A stretch of 64,000 nt of DNA from Alphaproteobacteria bacterium (lineage in GTDB: Bacteria; Pseudomonadota; Alphaproteobacteria; MPNO01), in contig OZ219866.1 in the NCBI GenBank assembly GCA_964291675.2, positions 608,001-672,000 of the forward strand, written 5' to 3'. Below the pieces are notes generated by a model that was given only the letters and a program-made list of their open reading frames with translations, made no database searches and was not told where the DNA came from. Below, piece after piece: positions 38,875-48,656 of this stretch; the stretch's first letter is position 1, and each line of letters begins with the position of its first letter. Made by a program: the position numbers and the translations under genes.

Positions 38875-39477
38875 TCAGATGTCGGCGGGAGGCGTCCAGT
38901 CCTCCCAGCCGGGCACGGGCTCCTTGGGCGGGTACTTGGCGATCTTCTGGAACAGCATGTGCATGAACAGGAAGAGCGGCTTGGCCTTCATCACCAGCAG
39001 CACCAGGTCCTCGTCTTCCGAGGCGTTGAAGTGCTGGTGAACGCAGCCGTTCTCCACCACCATGATGTCGCCCGCCTCGTAGTCGAAGCGCTTGCCGTCG
39101 TGGATGTCGTAGCCCTTGCCGCGCAGGCAGTAGAAGATCGCCGAGTTCATGTGGCCGTGGCGCTGACCGGTGCCCTTCGGCGCGATCACCGAGATATGGG
39201 TCTCGATGGATTGCGCGATGTCGGTCTTCATCGGGTTGACGATCGACTTGTCGAACAGCTGCGGCCCGCCGCGCCATTCCTGGTCGGCGGCCGAGTACAC
39301 CCGGGGCTGGTTGTAGAGCTCCTCCTGGAGCTCGCCATAGGTGCCTTCCAGCGCCCGGACGAAGGTGCGCTTGCGCTGCCAGCGCTCCCAGACGACTTCC
39401 TTCGGCTGGTTGTGGCCGAGACCGGCCTGCCTGGTGCCGGCCTCGATGCCGCCCGCCTCCGTCGACCGATCCGCCAT
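38875..39477 (-). CDS. Cupin domain protein
   Basis: GQRHGHMNSAIFYCLRGKGYDIHDG, GD...CVHQHFN. Confidence 0.82.
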   Translation of the reverse strand: MADRSTEAGGIEAGTRQAGLGHNQPKEVVWERWQRKRTFVRALEGTYGELQEELYNQPRVYSAADQEWRGGPQLFDKSIVNPMKTDIAQSIETHISVIAPKGTGQRHGHMNSAIFYCLRGKGYDIHDGKRFDYEAGDIMVVENGCVHQHFNASEDEDLVLLVMKAKPLFLFMHMLFQKIAKYPPKEPVPGWEDWTPPADI

Positions 39478-39560
39478 GCGTCCGGACCCCTTGAATCGCT
39501 GCATCGGTGGTGTGCCTGGATTATATTTGGCGCGGTCGGGCTGTCCAGCCGGAGGCCGGG

Positions 39561-40424
39561 ATGGGGATGAGGATCGCTGCGCTGTCGGACGCGCTCGGGG
39601 CGGAGATCGCCGGCATCGACATCGCCCGCGGGCTCGACGCGGCGGCGTTCGGGGCGCTGCGCGCGGCCTTCCTCCGCTACCGCGTGCTGGCGTTCCGCGA
39701 GCAGTATCTGAGCCCGGGCGACCAGGTGGCCTTCTCCGCCCGCTTCGGCCCGCTCGAGGAGCATGACAACCGGCGCTACAACCTGCCCGACCAGCCGCAT
39801 GTCATGGTGCTGTCGAACGACCTTGTGGACGGCGAGCCGGTGGGCGTGCCGGATGCCGGGGATTCCTGGCACACGGATCTCTCCTTCAAGGAGACGCCGA
39901 GCCTCTGCACCCTGTTGCAGGCGGTGAGACTGCCGAACGAGGGCGGCGATACCGCGTTTGCCTGCATGACAAGGGCCTATGCCGCGCTGCCCGCGGCGAT
40001 CAAGTCCCGCATCGCGGGAAGGCGCGCGATCCACAACCCGAGCAAGCTCGCCAACCCGCGGGTCGCGATCTCGCCGCTCAGGAAGGACGCGGCGGCGTTC
40101 TATGCCGGGCAGAGCGCGCGCTTCGCCGAGGTCGCGCACCCGATGGTGAGGACCCATCCCGAGACCGGCGAGAAATCGCTCTACGTCCAGCCGCGCTTCA
40201 CCATCGGCATCGAGGGCATGGAGGACGAAGAGGCCCAGCCTCTGCTCGACGAGTTGTTCGCGCACCAGATCCGCCCGGAATTCGTCTACCGGCACAGATG
40301 GCGCGAGGGCGACCTGGTGATGTGGGACAACCGCTGCCTGATCCACCACGCGACCGGCGGCTATCTCTACCCCGACATCCGCACCATGCACCGCACCACG
40401 GTGCTGGGCGACCGGCCCTTCTGA
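39561..40424 (+). CDS. TauD/TfdA Fe(II)/2OG dioxygenase
   Basis: LGAEIAGID, WHTDLSF, GGDTAF, HPMVRTHPETG, WDNRCLIH. Confidence 0.93.
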   Translation: MGMRIAALSDALGAEIAGIDIARGLDAAAFGALRAAFLRYRVLAFREQYLSPGDQVAFSARFGPLEEHDNRRYNLPDQPHVMVLSNDLVDGEPVGVPDAGDSWHTDLSFKETPSLCTLLQAVRLPNEGGDTAFACMTRAYAALPAAIKSRIAGRRAIHNPSKLANPRVAISPLRKDAAAFYAGQSARFAEVAHPMVRTHPETGEKSLYVQPRFTIGIEGMEDEEAQPLLDELFAHQIRPEFVYRHRWREGDLVMWDNRCLIHHATGGYLYPDIRTMHRTTVLGDRPF

Positions 40425-40433
40425 GGCGCCCGG

Positions 40434-41441
40434 TCAGTCGGCGAATTCGTCGCGCAGCATGTGCAGGCGCTTCAGCATCTCGCGGTCGGAGACCTCGAAC
40501 AGCCAGGCGCCGTCGCTCTCCGCGGCGTGGCTGATCCAATGGCCGTGCGGCAGGGAGACGATGTCGTGCCGGCGCCATTCCAGCGTGGTCTCGCCGATCT
40601 CCGAGCGCCCCTCGCCGCCGACCACGATGAAGGCGGAGTTGCTGTTCGAGCGATAGCCGCGCGTCTTCCCGCCGCGGGCGAGCGAGAGCAGCGAGCACTC
40701 CATCGTCGCCATGGTGGGGCCGCCGGTGAGCGGGTTGGCGTACAGCATGCGGCGGCTGCCGTCGGGCGCCGGCGGCAGCGCGGCCAAGGCGTCGCGCGCG
40801 GTCTCCCACGGGTAGCGGAACAGCGGCGAATAGGCCATGTCCGCCGCGCCGGAGACCGGCACGAAGCCCGGCGCCGCGAAGGCCTCGTCCGGCGGCAGCT
40901 CGGGCAGGTCGCGGGCCGGGCCCGGCTCGAATTCGCCGGTGTCGAGATAGTGGTGGAACGGCACGTCCAGCACGTCGAGCCAGATCATGCGCTCGTCGCC
41001 CTCGTGGACATGCTCGTGCCAGGTCCAGCCCGGGGTGAGCACCATGTCGCCGGGCTCCATCGGGCAGGGCTTGCCGTCGACGATGGTGGTCGCGCCCGTC
41101 CCCTCCATGACGAAGCGCAGCGCGTTCATCGAGTGGCGGTGCGGGCGCGCGGTCTCGCCCGGCATCAGGATTTGCAGGTTGAAGCCGAGCGTGAGGCCGG
41201 AGCCCCGGCTGCGACCGGACTCCAGCAGCGCCGGGTTGTTGAGCACCAGCACCCGGCGCTCGGCGTCGCTCATCGAGGTCGCCTCGATCGCCGTCTCCAG
41301 CAGCGGCTCCAGCGTCTCCCAGCGCCAGATATGCGGCGGCTCGGGCGGCCGGTTTGTGGTGTCCTCCAGCTCCCAGAGCGCAACGACGTTGGCCGCCTCC
41401 ATCGCGGCGTGGAAATCGGCAAGGGCCACGCGCTCGTTCAT
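40434..41441 (-). CDS. Gentisate 1,2-dioxygenase family bicupin
   Basis: AERRVLVL.NP, PGETARPHRHS..ALRF, LTPGWTWHEH, WLDVLD.P, YANPLTG. Confidence 0.85.
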   Translation of the reverse strand: MNERVALADFHAAMEAANVVALWELEDTTNRPPEPPHIWRWETLEPLLETAIEATSMSDAERRVLVLNNPALLESGRSRGSGLTLGFNLQILMPGETARPHRHSMNALRFVMEGTGATTIVDGKPCPMEPGDMVLTPGWTWHEHVHEGDERMIWLDVLDVPFHHYLDTGEFEPGPARDLPELPPDEAFAAPGFVPVSGAADMAYSPLFRYPWETARDALAALPPAPDGSRRMLYANPLTGGPTMATMECSLLSLARGGKTRGYRSNSNSAFIVVGGEGRSEIGETTLEWRRHDIVSLPHGHWISHAAESDGAWLFEVSDREMLKRLHMLRDEFAD

Positions 41442-41586
41442 CGCCGCCTCCTGTTCCGGCCGGTGGTCGCGGATTGTGACGCGAAGCGCGGCCGGGGCCA
41501 ACCGAAACCGGGCCGCTTGATCCGGCGGGCTCCGGGCGCATATTTGCCCGCTGGCTCGTCGAGCCCCCGCCATTTCGAGAGAGAGA

Positions 41587-41991
41587 ATGACCGATCATCA
41601 CAGCGCGCTGATCTATGCCATGGTCCTCGCCTCCGCCGCCGACCGCGAGATGACCGATTCCGAGCTTCGCCGCATCGGCCAGATCGTCGACCGGCTGCCG
41701 GTGTTCGACGACTTCGATAGCGACACGCTGGCCGCGCGGGCGGCCGAGTGCGCCGAGCTGCTCAACGCCGAGGACGGGCTCGAAGCCGCGATCGAGGCGA
41801 TCCGCGGCGCCCTGCCGCAGAAGCTGCGCGAGACCGCCTACGCGGTGGCCTGCGAGATCGTCGTCGCCGACGGCAGGGTGGCGCAGGAAGAGCTCCGCCT
41901 GCTGGAGATGCTGGCCGAGGGCCTGCCCATCGACCGCCTCGCGGCGGCCGCGATCGAGCGCGGCGCGAGGGCGCGCCACATGAGGCTCTGA
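41587..41991 (+). CDS. TerB-family protein
   Basis: ALIYAMVLASAAD..MTDSEL, LRETAYA.ACE, DRL.AAAIERGARAR. Confidence 0.85.
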   Translation: MTDHHSALIYAMVLASAADREMTDSELRRIGQIVDRLPVFDDFDSDTLAARAAECAELLNAEDGLEAAIEAIRGALPQKLRETAYAVACEIVVADGRVAQEELRLLEMLAEGLPIDRLAAAAIERGARARHMRL

Positions 41992-42008
41992 GCGCCCCGG
42001 ACCGCGCG

Positions 42009-43016
42009 ATGCCCGCCCGCGAGGCCGACCGCGCGGTCGCCCTGTGGCTCTACATCTGCTGCGCGATGATCTTCGCGATGGTGGTGCTGGGCGGGCTCAC
42101 CCGGCTCACCGGCTCCGGGCTCTCGATGGCGACCTGGCGGCCGGCGACCGGCTGGCTGCCGCCGCTCGACGCCGCCGGGTGGGAGGCCGCGTTCGCCCTC
42201 TACCGCGAGACGCCGGAGTTCAGGCGGGTCAATTTCTGGATGACGGTCGAGGACTTCCGCTCGATCTTCTGGCTGGAATACCTGCACCGGCTCTGGGGCC
42301 GCCTCATCGGGCTGGTCTTCGCCGTCCCGGCGGTCTGGTTCGCGCTGCGCGGGAGGATCGGCCGCCGGCTCGGGCTCGCGCTCGGCATCGCCTTCCTGCT
42401 GGGCGCCGCGCAGGGCGCGCTCGGCTGGTACATGGTGCAGAGCGGGCTGGTCGACCGGCCCGAGGTCAGCCATTACCGGCTGGCGGCGCATCTCGTGCTC
42501 GCGCTCGCGGTCTACGGCTTTCTGCTCTGGCTGGCGCTCGGCCTGACGCACGAGCGCGCGGCGCGCGGGGCGCACGGCGCGCATCTCGGCCTGATCGTCG
42601 CCGGCATCGCGCTGACCGCGACCTGGGGCGCCTTCACGGCCGGGCTCGACGCCGGGCACATCCACCCGACCTTCCCCCTGATGGACGGCGGGCTGGTCCC
42701 GCCCGAGGCGTTCTCGATCGCGCCCTGGACCGCCGACCTGACGGACAACCCGGCGACGGTCCAGTTCGTCCACCGCTGGCTCGCGATCGTCGTGCTCGCC
42801 GCGATCCTGGCGCTTCGGTGGCGCGTCCGCCGCGCGCCGCCGCGCGAGCGGCTGGCATACGACCTGCTGGCCGGGATGGGGCTCGTCCAGGCCGGGCTCG
42901 GCATCGCCACCCTGCTGCTCGGCGTCCCGCTGGCCGCGGCCGCGCTGCACCAGGCCGGCGCGGCGGTCCTGCTCAGCCTCGCGATCCACGCCCTGCACGC
43001 GAGCCGCCGGGTTTGA
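42009..43016 (+). CDS. ctaA: Heme A synthase (COX15 type)
   Basis: GGLTRLTGSGLS, EYLHRLWGR, GWYMVQSGL, YRLAAHL, QFVHR, LHQAG. Confidence 0.93.
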   Translation: MPAREADRAVALWLYICCAMIFAMVVLGGLTRLTGSGLSMATWRPATGWLPPLDAAGWEAAFALYRETPEFRRVNFWMTVEDFRSIFWLEYLHRLWGRLIGLVFAVPAVWFALRGRIGRRLGLALGIAFLLGAAQGALGWYMVQSGLVDRPEVSHYRLAAHLVLALAVYGFLLWLALGLTHERAARGAHGAHLGLIVAGIALTATWGAFTAGLDAGHIHPTFPLMDGGLVPPEAFSIAPWTADLTDNPATVQFVHRWLAIVVLAAILALRWRVRRAPPRERLAYDLLAGMGLVQAGLGIATLLLGVPLAAAALHQAGAAVLLSLAIHALHASRRV

Positions 43017-43072
43017 CATCGAAAAGGCGGCTGGACCACCATCGGGCGACCCTTCCCACCGGCAAGGCGGCG

Positions 43073-43513
43073 ATGACGGACCCTCCACCCTTCGACCAGG
43101 CGCTCGCGCGGCTCCGCGCGGCGCTCGCCGATGTCGCCAACGGCGACGTGGCGGCGATCAAGGCGCTCTATGCGCAGACCGACGAGGCCACCAGCTTCTA
43201 CGGCTGGGGCGGCTACGAGAAGGGCTGGGAGGCGGTCTCGCGGCGCTGGGACTGGGCGGGGCGGCAGTTCGGCGGCGGCACCGTCCGCCACGAGAACCTG
43301 ACGACCGTGGTCACCGCCGAGCTCGCCTACACCACCGACATCGAGACCTTCGAAACCGCGATGGACGGGATCGACGGCAAGGCGCGCTGGTCGAACCGGG
43401 TCACCCATGTCTTCCGCGCCATCGCGGGCGAGTGGCGCCTGGTCCACCGCCACGCCAACCGGCTCGAGGACCGCTACGAGCCGGCCCTCCGGCTCGACAC
43501 CACCGAGGGGTGA
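43073..43513 (+). CDS. SnoaL/NTF2-like protein
   Basis: WGGYEKGW, LAYT, RVTHVFR..GEWRLVHRHA. Confidence 0.85.
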   Translation: MTDPPPFDQALARLRAALADVANGDVAAIKALYAQTDEATSFYGWGGYEKGWEAVSRRWDWAGRQFGGGTVRHENLTTVVTAELAYTTDIETFETAMDGIDGKARWSNRVTHVFRAIAGEWRLVHRHANRLEDRYEPALRLDTTEG

Positions 43514-43517
43514 GACC

Positions 43518-44693
43518 ATGAGCGACGATGCGGAGATCCGTGCCGAAGAGACCCTCGCCAGGGCGCGCGAGCTGGTCCCGGTTTTCGCCGAACGCGCACA
43601 GGCGACGGAGGCGCTGCGCAGCCTGCCGGACGAGACGATAGCCGACATCCGGGCGGCCGGCCTCCACGCGATGGGCAAGCCGCTTCGCCTCGGCGGCGCC
43701 GAGCTGCCGTTCGATGCGATCGTCCGGATCGTGGCCGCGCTCGCCCGCGGCTGCGCCTCGACCGCCTGGGTGTGCGGCGTCTACTCGGACCACGCGATGA
43801 TCGTCGGCATGATGGACCCGCGCGTCGCCGACGAGGTCTGGGCCGACGACCCGGACGCGACGATCTCGGCCGGGTTCTTCCCCGCCGGCACCAACGAGCC
43901 GGCCGATGGCGGCTGGCGGCTCACCGGGCGCTGGGGCTTCGCCAGCGGCTGCGACCACGCGCGCTGGGTGTTTCTCGGCAGCGTCGTCGCCGACGGGGAC
44001 GCGCCGCCGGAGCCCTATCTCTGCCTGGTGCCGGTCGACGAGGTCGAGATCGACGACGACTGGCAGGTGATGGGTCTCGCCGGCACCGGGTCGAAGACCC
44101 TGGTGGCCGACGGGGTGTTCGTGCCGCGCCACCGCACGATCCCGCTCCGCCTGTCGAGCGGCGGCTGGGAGGCGCGCGGCAGGCCGGACGTGCCGCCGCT
44201 CTACCGCCTGCCGCACGTCACCACCATCCCGTTCCACTTCGCCGCCACCGCGCTCGGCACCGCCGAGGGGCTGCTCGACGACGTGATCGCCGAGATCGGC
44301 GAGCGGCACTCCTTCGGCGCCCCGGTCGCCGAATACGCCACGATGCAGCTCCGCATCGCCGCCGCCTCGGCCGAGATCGACTGCGCCCGCATGCTGATCG
44401 AGCGCGACACCGGCGAGGCGATGGCGGCGATGCGCGACGGGCGCTCGCTGACGCTCCAGGAGCGCGCCCGCAACCGGCGCGACATGGCCATCGCCGCCCG
44501 GTTCTGCCAGAGCGCCGCCGAGGGGCTGTTCGAGGCGGGCGGGGCGCGGAGCGTCTACTCGTCGAGCGTCCTGCAGCGCAAGTTCCGCGACGTCCGGGTG
44601 GCGGCGAACCACATCATCCTCAAATGGGACGTGGCGGGAACCACCTACGGCCGCGTCGCCCTCGGCCTCGACCCCGCCTCGCCGTTCATCTGA
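43518..44693 (+). CDS. Two-component flavin monooxygenase oxygenase (HsaA/C2-like, ACAD fold)
   Basis: CASTAW, GRWGFASGCDHA, DDWQVMGLAGTGS, LQRKFRD. Confidence 0.88.
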   Translation: MSDDAEIRAEETLARARELVPVFAERAQATEALRSLPDETIADIRAAGLHAMGKPLRLGGAELPFDAIVRIVAALARGCASTAWVCGVYSDHAMIVGMMDPRVADEVWADDPDATISAGFFPAGTNEPADGGWRLTGRWGFASGCDHARWVFLGSVVADGDAPPEPYLCLVPVDEVEIDDDWQVMGLAGTGSKTLVADGVFVPRHRTIPLRLSSGGWEARGRPDVPPLYRLPHVTTIPFHFAATALGTAEGLLDDVIAEIGERHSFGAPVAEYATMQLRIAAASAEIDCARMLIERDTGEAMAAMRDGRSLTLQERARNRRDMAIAARFCQSAAEGLFEAGGARSVYSSSVLQRKFRDVRVAANHIILKWDVAGTTYGRVALGLDPASPFI

Positions 44694-44699
44694 GGGACG

Positions 44700-44812
44700 G
44701 TCCTTCGATACGCCCGCCCGCGGCGGGCTTTTCGGGATGAGGGTGAACGATCGGGGCGGCGCCGCACCCAACCCTCATCCCGGGTAGCCGCGGAGCCGCG
44801 TATCGAAGGACG
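44700..44812. repeat. Inverted pair of family X repeats (REPIN-like)
   Basis: Minus copy 44700-44743 and plus copy 44772-44812, between convergent stops. Confidence 0.82.
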
Positions 44813-44822
44813 GCTCCCGCCC

Positions 44823-45830
44823 TCACCCGCGGAACGCCGGCAGCACCTCCTCGATGCAGCGCTGGAGCTGCTCGCGCGGGCGGGCGGAGACGAAGCGCAG
44901 GATCGGCATCGTGCAGCCGGCCTCGATATAGGCGGCGAGCTTGTCGATCACCGCCTGCGGCGAGCCCCAGGCGAGCCAGGTCTCGGCCTGGTCGCGCGTG
45001 ATGTAGCCGGCGCCGTAATAGGCGCCGAGGAAGGTCGTCGCCTCGGCGAAGGCGCGGTCCCGGTCCTCGTCGATATTGACCATCATGTGGAGCGAGCCGT
45101 CGAAATCGGCGGGATCGCGGCCGAGCTCGGCGGCGTAGCTACGGATCTTCTCGAAGCGTTCCCTGAAGGTCTCCGCCGGCGTGCCGTCGGTCTGCCAGCC
45201 ATCGGCATGGGTGGCGACGCGCCTGAGAATCCGTTCCATCGCCTGTTCCGGCACGTCGTCGCCCTTGGGGTTGACGGCGATGTGGATCGGCATCGGGCGC
45301 TGCACCGGCTTCGGCTGCAGATCGACCCCGGCGAAGCTGCGGAACGCGCCGTCATGGCTCGCCTCGCCCTCGGCCCACAGCTTGCGCAGGATCTCGATCC
45401 CCTCGACGACGCGGGCCGGGCGCTCGGCCGACTTCACCCCCATCACCTCCAGCTCGTGGGCGAATTGCGGGCCGTCGAAACGCGACCCGCCATTGCAGAC
45501 GGCGAGGATCGTGCGCCCCTTGGACAGCACGTCGAGGCTCGCCCATTGCAGCGCGAACAACAGCGGCTCGCGCAGCGGGAAGCTCGCCAGGCAGACGGTG
45601 CCGAGCTTCACCCGCTCGGTGCGGACGGCCATCGCCGACAGCGTGACCAGCGCCTCGACCCGGGGCTTGGACAGGAGGTTGTCGCCCACCCAGACGCCGT
45701 GGAACAGGCCCGACTCCTCGGCGGTCCCGGCCATGTCGAGCAGGTCGTCGAGGCTCCCCCAGTCGAACAGGATCGCCCGGGTCGACAGCGACAGGCCGAA
45801 CCTGGCGCGCATGGGTACGGTCTCGCTCAT
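44823..45830 (-). CDS. LLM-class oxidoreductase
   Basis: AEESG..GVWVGD, TERVKLGT, LDVLSKGR, PKPVQRP, ADGW. Confidence 0.88.
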   Translation of the reverse strand: MSETVPMRARFGLSLSTRAILFDWGSLDDLLDMAGTAEESGLFHGVWVGDNLLSKPRVEALVTLSAMAVRTERVKLGTVCLASFPLREPLLFALQWASLDVLSKGRTILAVCNGGSRFDGPQFAHELEVMGVKSAERPARVVEGIEILRKLWAEGEASHDGAFRSFAGVDLQPKPVQRPMPIHIAVNPKGDDVPEQAMERILRRVATHADGWQTDGTPAETFRERFEKIRSYAAELGRDPADFDGSLHMMVNIDEDRDRAFAEATTFLGAYYGAGYITRDQAETWLAWGSPQAVIDKLAAYIEAGCTMPILRFVSARPREQLQRCIEEVLPAFRG

Positions 45831-45831
45831 G

Positions 45832-47025
45832 TCAGCCCCCGAGCCAGGAGAGGATCGTCCGCGCGACCACGCGCGCCACCCGCTCCAGGCAGGAGAGCGC
45901 GACGAGGTCGGTGTCCAGCACGCCCTCGCCGCCGGCGACGCCGTACATCACGGCCGGAACCCCGGCGGCGCAGGGTCCGCCGGCGTCGAACGTGCCCTGC
46001 CCGTAATAGGTCCCGGGCGGCGCGCCGTGCACCGATTCATGCGCCTCGGCGAGCAGCCGGACCACCGGGTCGGCGGGATCGACCAGGGCCGGCCACATGT
46101 GGTGGCCCTGCTCCACCGTGACGGCCCAGGGCGAGAGGTCGCCGATCGCCTGGCGCACCTCTTCGGTCGCCGCCGCCGGATCGTCGCCCGGCAGCAGGCG
46201 CCGGTCGATGCGCATCCGCGCGGTGTCGGGGATGGTGTGCGGGGCGAGCGGCGAATAGGCGATCTGGTAGGGCAGCGCGTGGCGGCCGCCGAGCAGCTCG
46301 TGGGTGCCTTCTAAGCTCATCCGCTTGAGGCGGCTCATGACCTCCCACGCCCCGTCGATCGCGCTCAGCCCGGTATCCGGCACGCTCGAATGGACCGCCT
46401 TGCCGCGCACCGTGACGTTCACGTCGACCCGGCCGCGATTGCCCATGGAAATCCGCTCGCCGGTCGCGGTCATCAGCAGCGCGAAATCCGGCTTGGCATC
46501 CAGCGCGGCGAGGATCGCCTCGGAGCATTTGTGGCTCGACCGCCCCTCGTTGTTGATGGCGACATAGAGCGTGCCGGGGAGCTCCGTCCCGGTATCGGCG
46601 AGCAGCTTGAGGATGGCGAGCGCGATCGCCTGGTGCGACTTGTTCTGCCCCACCCCCATGCCGAACACGCAGGGCTCGTCGCGCCCCCAGGCGGCGCCCG
46701 AGGCGACCTTCCCGGACCACGGGTCGTCCATCAGGTTGTGGTGCTGCACCGGGGTGTAGACCTGGACCAGCAGCGACCGGCCGTTGGTCCCCGCGCCGTG
46801 GCGCGCGACGATCTGGTTGCCCGGCACGTCGATCAGGTCGTAGGCGCCGGCCCGGGCGAGCCTGGGCCTGAGCACGTTCTGCACGTAGTGGACCAGCTTC
46901 GGGTCGTCGGGCTCGATAAACACCTCGTGCCCCATCGGCACGTCGACCGGCACCCGCGCCAGCTCGACCAGCGTGTCGATCAGGAAACGCCGGTCCAGCC
47001 GGCCGACTAGCGTCTCGATGTCCAT
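45832..47025 (-). CDS. M20/ArgE-like peptidase family protein (atypical metal site)
   Basis: GNRG, GKAVHSSVP, IDRRLLPG; canonical HxD and EE motifs replaced (YTPVQ, NNEG). Confidence 0.75.
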   Translation of the reverse strand: MDIETLVGRLDRRFLIDTLVELARVPVDVPMGHEVFIEPDDPKLVHYVQNVLRPRLARAGAYDLIDVPGNQIVARHGAGTNGRSLLVQVYTPVQHHNLMDDPWSGKVASGAAWGRDEPCVFGMGVGQNKSHQAIALAILKLLADTGTELPGTLYVAINNEGRSSHKCSEAILAALDAKPDFALLMTATGERISMGNRGRVDVNVTVRGKAVHSSVPDTGLSAIDGAWEVMSRLKRMSLEGTHELLGGRHALPYQIAYSPLAPHTIPDTARMRIDRRLLPGDDPAAATEEVRQAIGDLSPWAVTVEQGHHMWPALVDPADPVVRLLAEAHESVHGAPPGTYYGQGTFDAGGPCAAGVPAVMYGVAGGEGVLDTDLVALSCLERVARVVARTILSWLGG

Positions 47026-47158
47026 ATCCGGTCTCCATTGCTGTCCGGCCCAAATTCTCGGCGACTGCCCCGCGCCGATTGGCGAGAACGCCTCCGCCTC
47101 CGTCTCGTCATCGCGGAGTTGTTGGGGAATTATAGACGCGAGCACCGCGGCGCGGGCG

Positions 47159-47572
47159 TCAGCCGCCGTTACGGCTCAGGCCGCTGACCAGGTCCTGATC
47201 TATTAGCGCGACCTCACTCGGGGGAAGAACCACGAGGGCGAGGCGGAAAATCCTGAGAAAGTCCATCCCGACCAGAATCCTTGGCAGCGTGTCGGACAGC
47301 ATGATGACCCCACGCCGGGAGTAGCGCTGGAAGTCCGCCGTCCCGTAGGCGGTCTCCATGGCGATCTTCCGGTTGTCCGCGAGCGTCAATTCCACCATCG
47401 GGCCGACTTCCAGACGGACGGCCTCGGCGAGGCTCTTCGGCATCTGAAGAAACCCCGAGAAGCCGGTGTCGATCACCACGTCGTCGAGAGCATGACTTCT
47501 TCCGTCCAGACCTCGCAAATCGACCTGCGTGCAGGGGTTCCCCTGGCGGTCAAAGTGCCCTGGCGTATACAT
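47159..47572 (-). CDS. Clan AA aspartic protease (AF_0612-like)
   Basis: VIDTGFSGFL.MP, LTLAD, ILVGMDFL. Confidence 0.85.
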   Translation of the reverse strand: MYTPGHFDRQGNPCTQVDLRGLDGRSHALDDVVIDTGFSGFLQMPKSLAEAVRLEVGPMVELTLADNRKIAMETAYGTADFQRYSRRGVIMLSDTLPRILVGMDFLRIFRLALVVLPPSEVALIDQDLVSGLSRNGG

Positions 47573-47822
47573 CGTCCGAGGTGCAGCTCATGCGGAACGC
47601 ACCCGGCGAGCCGACCCGGATCAGGTAGAAAATCCCTTCCGGCGCCTTTTTCTTCGCTGCTTCGAAAGCCTTTTCCGGCTTCCGGCTTCGCCAGATGTCC
47701 TCGGTGCCGATGTCGATCACGACAAAGCTGTCGCGATATTTCCTTTCGTACTCTTCCCGGTACTTCTTGTTGTAGATCTTCTCTCCCCGCGCGACGATCT
47801 CCTCTGGCGATGGCTTCTCCAT
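47550..47822 (-). CDS. Small hypothetical protein, DUF5678-like
   Basis: RGEKIY...YRDSFVVIDIGTED...A.KK.P...YLIRVG; overlaps the protease start. Confidence 0.72.
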   Translation of the reverse strand: MEKPSPEEIVARGEKIYNKKYREEYERKYRDSFVVIDIGTEDIWRSRKPEKAFEAAKKKAPEGIFYLIRVGSPGAFRMSCTSDDVYARAL

Positions 47823-47930
47823 GGCCCCGTCTCCGTTTGCGTGCCGGTCATCGCGGGCATCAGGGTAAAGGGTGGGTCGGGCGGATTATACCGGGAAGTC
47901 TTGGGGATATGTGTGAATCGGCGGGATATG

Positions 47931-47982
47931 TGGATGGCCGGAGCAAGCCCCGGACTGTGATCCGGGGCAAGTCCGGCCACAA
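47931..47982. repeat. Degenerate family Y palindrome with a nested inner palindrome
   Basis: GGATGGCCGGAGCAAG-CCCCGGACTGTGATCCGGGG-CAAGTCCGGCCACAAC. Confidence 0.6.
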
Positions 47983-48074
47983 CATGTTGTGTACCCGCGA
48001 CGCCCTGACTTGCCAAATCCGTTGCGAAGGTGTCGCCCCAAGGGAGTTGCCGCGTTTGGACACCCGTTCCCCGG

Positions 48075-48656
48075 TCACGCCTCCAATCCCGGATTTCGCC
48101 GCTTCACGCTCTCTGCCAGAAGCTCGAAGAACCCGTCAAGATTGCTGGGAGCGAGTAGAGTCGGGCCTGCGGAGAAATCCACCTCGACAACGGCGGTGGC
48201 TTCGACCATTCCTGCGGCCCATGCTGGCGCTTGTCGCCCGGACAGCCGTCCGACAAAGGAACGGAAGGTGTCGATCCATCTGTTGCCCGGGTCGTCCGCC
48301 GCGTTCAGAACCATGATGTAGCCGGTCACGATCTCTGGCGAGTGAAGTTGGACATTCGCCATCTCTCCCATCAGGTCGTCGGCGCGGTTGGGCACGGAGC
48401 CGGCCAGGTTTCGGAGAATGGACTTCAGGCTGATCCCAAGCCTGACCTTGCCATCGTGGCTGCACGCGACATCCCAAATCTTGTCGCGGCCTATGCCGGG
48501 GACGCGCACCTCGGATCGTGCACCCGGCACTCCGCGTCGCTCCAGTTCCTGGATGCATAGGGCGGCCAATTGTCTCAGCCGCGCGGTCGACGTGCCCTTG
48601 CCTTCGGCGACGGCCGTTTGGTAGAGCCCGTCAACGGCATCTTGAAGGGTCAGCAT
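48075..48656 (-). CDS. Type II restriction endonuclease, PD-(D/E)xK (PaeR7I/XhoI-like)
   Basis: KIWDV...GISLKS, NR.DDLMGE.AN; overlaps the MTase stop. Confidence 0.72.
   Translation of the reverse strand: MLTLQDAVDGLYQTAVAEGKGTSTARLRQLAALCIQELERRGVPGARSEVRVPGIGRDKIWDVACSHDGKVRLGISLKSILRNLAGSVPNRADDLMGEMANVQLHSPEIVTGYIMVLNAADDPGNRWIDTFRSFVGRLSGRQAPAWAAGMVEATAVVEVDFSAGPTLLAPSNLDGFFELLAESVKRRNPGLEA

Noticed and set aside
41587-41991. TerB as a tellurite-resistance or defence island
   Set aside because: Standalone gene with host-like codon usage and no other ter genes.
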